NCBI GenBank assembly: GCA_030592645.1
Contig: JAUVIR010000004.1
Span: 1,036-65,035, forward strand
DNA: 64,000 nucleotides
Source of the DNA: Candidatus Fermentibacterota bacterium
Lineage (GTDB): Bacteria > Fermentibacterota > Fermentibacteria > Fermentibacterales > JCC-6
Reading direction: 5' to 3'
Below the pieces are notes generated by a model. The model was not told where the DNA came from, made no database searches, and worked only from the letters and a program-made list of their open reading frames with translations. Below, in pieces: positions 59,410-64,000 of this stretch (its first letter is position 1; each line of letters opens with the position of its first letter). The position numbers and the translations under genes were made by a program.

Positions 59410-59633
59410 TTTACTGGACCTCCACTAAGAATCATACTTTATCATTCCAGCAATCCGTGAGATGGATATACATGGAACACAACTATTTACTAAGACAGCT
59501 CCATTAGAATCAAAAGCTGCACCAACCCTGTTTTCTTCGTAATCGACATTCTTAGCAACGCATCAGGAATCATCGACTGCGAGAATACTGAAGGGAACCG
59601 CTAAACTGTTAGAATTTACACAGAAAGTCAAGG

Positions 59634-60476
59634 TCAGAACCGATGCTCATCCTCCAGAATCGCGGTAACCTCATCCAGGAGCTCTCTTCTTCTTGCGGAA
59701 TTGTAAGTGACCGCAGCCCTTGAACCGCCGTAAATATTGCCCCCGTAGAAAGATAAGCCAAGCCATCCAAGCAGTACCGAGGTGGTTGTGTTACCCTCAT
59801 GCAGTGATTCTACGAATAGCCAGGCCAGTGCTCCATTTATACCTAATGCAATTATCCCATCGGTATAGTGACCGGAGATCATCTGACCTGAACCGGGGAG
59901 CACAGCACTGGAAATTCCGCACCATAACGGGCTGCGCCTGGAAAGGAATTGTCCTTCGGCTACCTTCCCGGCAAGGCTTGCAGTGAGATCGGAGAAGGGC
60001 CCTCCTGTTGATGACAGCATTCTGAGCTCCCCGGCGGAAGCCGCCCAGTTACCCATCCTGGCATTGATAAGACTCGCCATGATACCGGCTCTAGCCGCTG
60101 TTTCAGCGTCTTCTGACGTAGCCGCTGCATTCGCAAAAAGTTCTCTTGCGTAACCGAGATTTCCGGATTCTTCAAGTACCGACCCCGCGCCCATCATCGC
60201 TCCGGCTCTGAGATCGGCATCTGATAGATTTCTATGAAGAAATGTATAGAGAGAGAAAGCATCCTCCCCCCGTCCAAGCTCCTGCCAGCACCTGGCCAGG
60301 CGAAGAGATACCAGGGGACATGCCAGAGTATCTTCACCATACGAGTAGATTATCCTCAGGTATTCCTCGGAAGCCATACTGTATTCCCCGAGGCTGTAAA
60401 GGTAATCGGCAAAGCCCTCATCAGCATCATGACCGGGGAATACGGTCAGAAGGGCAGCAAGAATCGTCCCCAGCAT
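59634..60476 (-). CDS. hypothetical protein with TPR-like helical region and C-terminal hydrophobic segments
   Basis: ORF only; weak TPR-like periodicity. Confidence 0.35.
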   Translation of the reverse strand: MLGTILAALLTVFPGHDADEGFADYLYSLGEYSMASEEYLRIIYSYGEDTLACPLVSLRLARCWQELGRGEDAFSLYTFLHRNLSDADLRAGAMMGAGSVLEESGNLGYARELFANAAATSEDAETAARAGIMASLINARMGNWAASAGELRMLSSTGGPFSDLTASLAGKVAEGQFLSRRSPLWCGISSAVLPGSGQMISGHYTDGIIALGINGALAWLFVESLHEGNTTTSVLLGWLGLSFYGGNIYGGSRAAVTYNSARRRELLDEVTAILEDEHRF

Positions 60477-60802
60477 ATCACTTCCTCTCCAGAGTTCAAT
60501 GGATCTGCGAGTCTGTTTCCTTCGGTAATCCTGTAGTCACCATGGCCGAAAGCTGCAGAAGTGCACCGGGTCCACCGTTCAAGGGCTATCATGAGACCCA
60601 GCAAGGGTCCCCGCGATTGAACAGCCTCCTGGCTGTAATGGGAACAGCTTGGGTAATATACGCACCTTCTGGCGAGAAGATCTCTGAATAATCCTCTGTA
60701 CTGAATGAACAGAATATCGGAAATACTGTTTTCCCGAATAGCTGCATCCTGCGCAGCTGCAGGCAGTAGAACTGTCAAGAGGATAATTGATAGAAGTTTC
60801 AA
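60446..60802 (-). CDS. YidD-like (DUF37) membrane-protein insertion efficiency factor homolog with N-terminal signal-like segment
   Basis: 'CVYYPSCSHYSQEAV' matches the YidD C-x-F/Y-x-P-S-C-S-x-Y signature. Confidence 0.55.
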   Translation of the reverse strand: MKLLSIILLTVLLPAAAQDAAIRENSISDILFIQYRGLFRDLLARRCVYYPSCSHYSQEAVQSRGPLLGLMIALERWTRCTSAAFGHGDYRITEGNRLADPLNSGEEVICWGRFLLPF

Positions 60803-61308
60803 GAGAATCCCTTTCCGCAGACGTCAGCCAGATTATCCAGAGAACAGGCTTTCACGCCCCCGGCACTGAAAATAGAAAGTATGTCATCGTTCCAGTCAGC
60901 CGGAACGATCCATAGACTGTAACCTGCTCCTTGGGCAGCGGCCGACCTTCCCACGAGGGAAAAGGCTCTTTTTTCAGGCGGTATTCTTCTGGAAAATGAC
61001 TGTGGAGAGATTCCGATACCATCTCTGTAGAACGGGATCAGCATGGTAATTCCAGGCCAGGGCTTCAGTCTGAGTGACCGGCTGAAACCGTGTTCACGCA
61101 GAATATTCCATGTATAACCATAGATATTCCTGGACATCCGCTCCGAGAGTCTGGAATTCAACTGAAGATCGCACTCTCCGGAAACAAATGGTCCGGTATG
61201 CAGAACTTCAGCCATGCAGCCGGGGAGATGATCCGGAAGGTCTGTTTCCGTACCGGTTATTCTTCGACCAAGTTCAGTCCAGAAGAAATGATACCATCTG
61301 TTCTTCAA
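60799..61308 (-). CDS. hypothetical protein
   Basis: 169-aa ORF between recX and the yidD-like gene, same strand, with 4-nt overlaps. Confidence 0.35.
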   Translation of the reverse strand: MKNRWYHFFWTELGRRITGTETDLPDHLPGCMAEVLHTGPFVSGECDLQLNSRLSERMSRNIYGYTWNILREHGFSRSLRLKPWPGITMLIPFYRDGIGISPQSFSRRIPPEKRAFSLVGRSAAAQGAGYSLWIVPADWNDDILSIFSAGGVKACSLDNLADVCGKGFS

Positions 61309-61832
61309 TACGTCTGTTCCTCCGAATCCTGAAAAACCTTATTTATGACTCTACCGATAAGATCGTATTGAAAACCTCTCCTCTGCAGATACCCTTTTGC
61401 CCTTCGCAGGCCCGTCTGCGTTTCCAGGCGGCCGTACTTTTTTTTAACAGTATTCACGAGTGTTTGATACAGATCGTGTTCATCACGTTCTGCAAGCACA
61501 TCATCCATGATGCTCTCGGAGATGCCCTTCTTTTTCAGCTCTATTCTTATCCTGAAATTCCCCATAGGTGAATTACCCGAGTGACTGCGGGTGTAGATAG
61601 AAGCGTAACGTCTATCATCCACCAGACCGCATGCGCAAGCCCATTTAAGCATATCGTCAGCTACCTTTTCAAGATATTTTCTGCAGACAAGATAGGATCT
61701 GAGCTGAAGCGCTGTACGTTCAGAGAAAGAAAGGTACCTTTCTGTGTCACTGCGGGCAAAAGGCAGCTGTTCCCGATATGCTGCCTCTTCGATCTCATCG
61801 ATTTCAACGATCGAGCCGGCATGCAGGTCCAA
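61305..61832 (-). CDS. recX: RecA regulator RecX
   Basis: Immediately downstream of recA on the same strand; three-helix repeat character (R/K-rich helices, 'LQRRGF') consistent with RecX. Confidence 0.6.
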   Translation of the reverse strand: MDLHAGSIVEIDEIEEAAYREQLPFARSDTERYLSFSERTALQLRSYLVCRKYLEKVADDMLKWACACGLVDDRRYASIYTRSHSGNSPMGNFRIRIELKKKGISESIMDDVLAERDEHDLYQTLVNTVKKKYGRLETQTGLRRAKGYLQRRGFQYDLIGRVINKVFQDSEEQTY

Positions 61833-61933
61833 GGCGTTTACACTCGCCGCCCGAAGCAGCCAGCAACCCTTACCGGTGATTACAAGCCGCCATCCTTTTC
61901 TGACATTGACGATCTCCTCGACGGAAAATTCAG

Positions 61934-62983
61934 CTATTCCTTCTCCTCCTGCTTCTTCTCGGAGTCGCTGCCGGACCCGGGTATTTCCAGTATTTTCCTG
62001 ATCTTCGTTTCCAGTTCTTCAGCAATCTCAGGATTATCCACAAGGAACTGCCTGCTCTTTTCCCGGCCCTGCCCCAGCTGAGTATCTCCCATGGAGTACC
62101 ATGTACCCCTGCGCGTAACCAGATCGTTATCCAGCCCGAGATCAATAAGCTCACCCTCCCTGGAAATACCAAAGCCGTGAAGTATGTCACACTCGATGTT
62201 TCTGAACGGAGGTGCAAGCTTGTTCTTAACTACTTTAATCCGTGTACGGCTGCCGATTATCTGATCGCCCTCTTTAATCGAAGCAATCCGCCGCACATCC
62301 AGCCGCACGCTGCTGTAGAACTTCAGGGCTCTTCCTCCGGTTGTAGTTTCGGGATTCCCGAACATAACCCCTATCTTCATACGTATCTGGTTGATGAATA
62401 CTACGGCACATTTAGATTGCGAAACAATGCCTGTGAGCTTCCGCAGAGCCTGCGACATCAAACGTGCCTGAAGGCCCATATGGCTGTCGCCCATTTCGCC
62501 CTCTATTTCAGCCCTTGGAACCAGGGCTGCTACCGAATCTATTACGATAACATCAATCGCATTGCTCCTGACAAGCATTTCCGTTATCTCAAGAGCCTGT
62601 TCTCCGTTGGATGGCTGGGATACAAGAAGAGCATCGATATCTACTCCAAGCTTCTCCGAATAGACCGGATCAAGCGCATGTTCTGCGTCAATAAAGGCAA
62701 CCTCTCCACCCAGTTTCTGGGCGCTGGCGATAATATGCAGCGCGAGTGTTGTCTTTCCTGATGCCTCCGCCCCGTATATCTCGGTAATCCTTCCCCTTGG
62801 AATGCCTCCTATGCCAAGAGCCGCGTCAAGCGCGATGGAACCGGTGGGTATGATCTCCACCATCATGTGAGTGTTTTCTCCAAGCCTCATGATTGCTCCC
62901 TGACCGAACTGTTTCTGAATCTGATGGAAGGCAGCCTTTAGCGCCTTTTCCTTTTCACCGGAACCGGTCTTCTTATCAGCCAT
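61934..62983 (-). CDS. recA: recombinase RecA
   Basis: '[32 protein letters not shown]' Walker A, L1/L2 loops, 349 aa. Confidence 0.95.
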   Translation of the reverse strand: MADKKTGSGEKEKALKAAFHQIQKQFGQGAIMRLGENTHMMVEIIPTGSIALDAALGIGGIPRGRITEIYGAEASGKTTLALHIIASAQKLGGEVAFIDAEHALDPVYSEKLGVDIDALLVSQPSNGEQALEITEMLVRSNAIDVIVIDSVAALVPRAEIEGEMGDSHMGLQARLMSQALRKLTGIVSQSKCAVVFINQIRMKIGVMFGNPETTTGGRALKFYSSVRLDVRRIASIKEGDQIIGSRTRIKVVKNKLAPPFRNIECDILHGFGISREGELIDLGLDNDLVTRRGTWYSMGDTQLGQGREKSRQFLVDNPEIAEELETKIRKILEIPGSGSDSEKKQEEKE

Positions 62984-63000
62984 TGAATCAACCTTTCAGC

Positions 63001-63525
63001 TTAGTGTAAATCGTATCTTTCAATAAACGTATACTCCGGACCACCGGAGGTCAATCTGCTGTTAATGACAGCCGCTTCTTTAAACACTCCCCTAATTTCA
63101 TCAGGCGGGTCAAGTTTCGGCATGGAAGTCGAATTCCTCCTCCTCGCAAATGTCAGATGCGGAACGAACCTCTGCATAACTTTCTTTCCCCTTTCATCGG
63201 GGATACTCCCAAGGGTGCTGGCTACTCTGGATATATCCTCAGGAAAACTCCCTCCAAGCCAGAACACCGATGGTGATTGTCTATTCCCGAAAGAGCCGAT
63301 ACTGTCAAGAGAGAATGCGAGGGGTCCCGGATGCCAGGATGATAGAATATCACATATCCTCTCAACTTCGGATTGGGGAATATCACCAAAGAATCGGAGT
63401 GTAAGATGCAGCCTGTCTCCCTGTATCCATTTCAGGGAAGGGTAAAGTGCTTTAAGTGGTTTCTGCCAGGCTGCAATCTCCCTTCTCACCTGCAGCGGCA
63501 GCTCCAGGGCGGCAAATATCCTCAC
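63001..63525 (-). CDS. thpR: RNA 2',3'-cyclic phosphodiesterase (2'-5' RNA ligase, LigT/ThpR)
   Basis: Two H-x-T/S-x motifs: 'HLTLRF' and 'HLTFAR'. Confidence 0.8.
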   Translation of the reverse strand: MRIFAALELPLQVRREIAAWQKPLKALYPSLKWIQGDRLHLTLRFFGDIPQSEVERICDILSSWHPGPLAFSLDSIGSFGNRQSPSVFWLGGSFPEDISRVASTLGSIPDERGKKVMQRFVPHLTFARRRNSTSMPKLDPPDEIRGVFKEAAVINSRLTSGGPEYTFIERYDLH

Positions 63526-63971
63526 TTCACCTCTTTCACAAGAAGGCAGTATAAATTCTCAAGAAGATAGTCAGCCGCTTGCCTTCTGACCACATCCCTG
63601 TCTCCTGCAAACCTTTTCATTTCAGCGAAGATTGACTGGCTGCTACAGACAGCCATCCATACTGTACCCACGGGTTTCTCCAACGAACCGCCACCGGGAC
63701 CGGCTACTCCGGTGACTGAAATGGAGAAATCACTGCCGGTAATCTCTCTTATGCCTGTGGCCATGGCCAGAGCAGTTTCTCTGCTTACGGCGCCTTCCGA
63801 TTCAATTAGAGAAGAGGGAATATTAAGAACGGTCGTCTTTAGAATATTTGAATATGCTGTTACGGAACCCATAAACCATCCTGAGGATCCGGGTACAGAA
63901 GTCAGAAGCATTCCGACCATTCCGCCTGTACAGGATTCTGCCGCTGAGAGTGTTATCCCTGCTTTAAGCAT
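63522..63971 (-). CDS. CinA C-terminal domain protein (PncC-like NMN deamidase)
   Basis: 'ITLSAAESCTGGMVG' signature of the CinA C-terminal domain; stand-alone 149 aa. Confidence 0.75.
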   Translation of the reverse strand: MLKAGITLSAAESCTGGMVGMLLTSVPGSSGWFMGSVTAYSNILKTTVLNIPSSLIESEGAVSRETALAMATGIREITGSDFSISVTGVAGPGGGSLEKPVGTVWMAVCSSQSIFAEMKRFAGDRDVVRRQAADYLLENLYCLLVKEVK

Positions 63972-64000
63972 AATGCTTCCTATACGCTTAACAAGCTCAA

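Overview
This 64 kb window reads as chromosomal DNA from a bacterium of uncertain lineage, about 50% GC and possibly an uncultivated group. Coding density is high and the six-frame track shows many GTG/TTG starts. I found no transposase, integrase or CRISPR array.

Core genes make up much of the window:
- A three-gene acyl-CoA carboxylase operon (carboxyltransferase, biotin carboxylase, BCCP).
- mazG and lpd.
- hflX, a carD-like gene and guaB.
- The conserved rpsB-tsf-pyrH-frr-uppS-cdsA-dxr-rseP cluster, plus rplM-rpsI.
- recA-recX, thpR and cinA-C.
- Pentose-phosphate genes (split transketolase, Fsa-type transaldolase) and pcrA/uvrD.
- A tightly coupled + strand operon queA-X-tgt-rlmD-OMP.

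Accessory or unusual content:
- (a) A minus-strand four-gene operon of uncharacterised membrane proteins (29196-32759). Its large subunit has a ~85% identical second copy at 26136-27302, sitting in a glycosyltransferase/GNAT block on the other side of a tRNA-Phe(GAA) gene.
- (b) A cluster at 42.3-51.5 kb: a 1008-aa outer-membrane metallopeptidase/PD40-propeller/beta-barrel fusion, a 1211-aa tandem-cyclase/STAND-ATPase/TPR protein and an S9 prolyl oligopeptidase. It ends in a perfect 30-bp inverted repeat.
- (c) A REC-GAF-GGDEF response regulator with no canonical start codon.
- (d) A membrane pseudokinase-like protein.
- (e) Two coding tandem repeats: (ETLPD)n in a membrane protein and (KAAPEK)n extending ribosomal protein S2.

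Every protein-family call is by eye, from motifs and remembered family signatures. None is a database hit.
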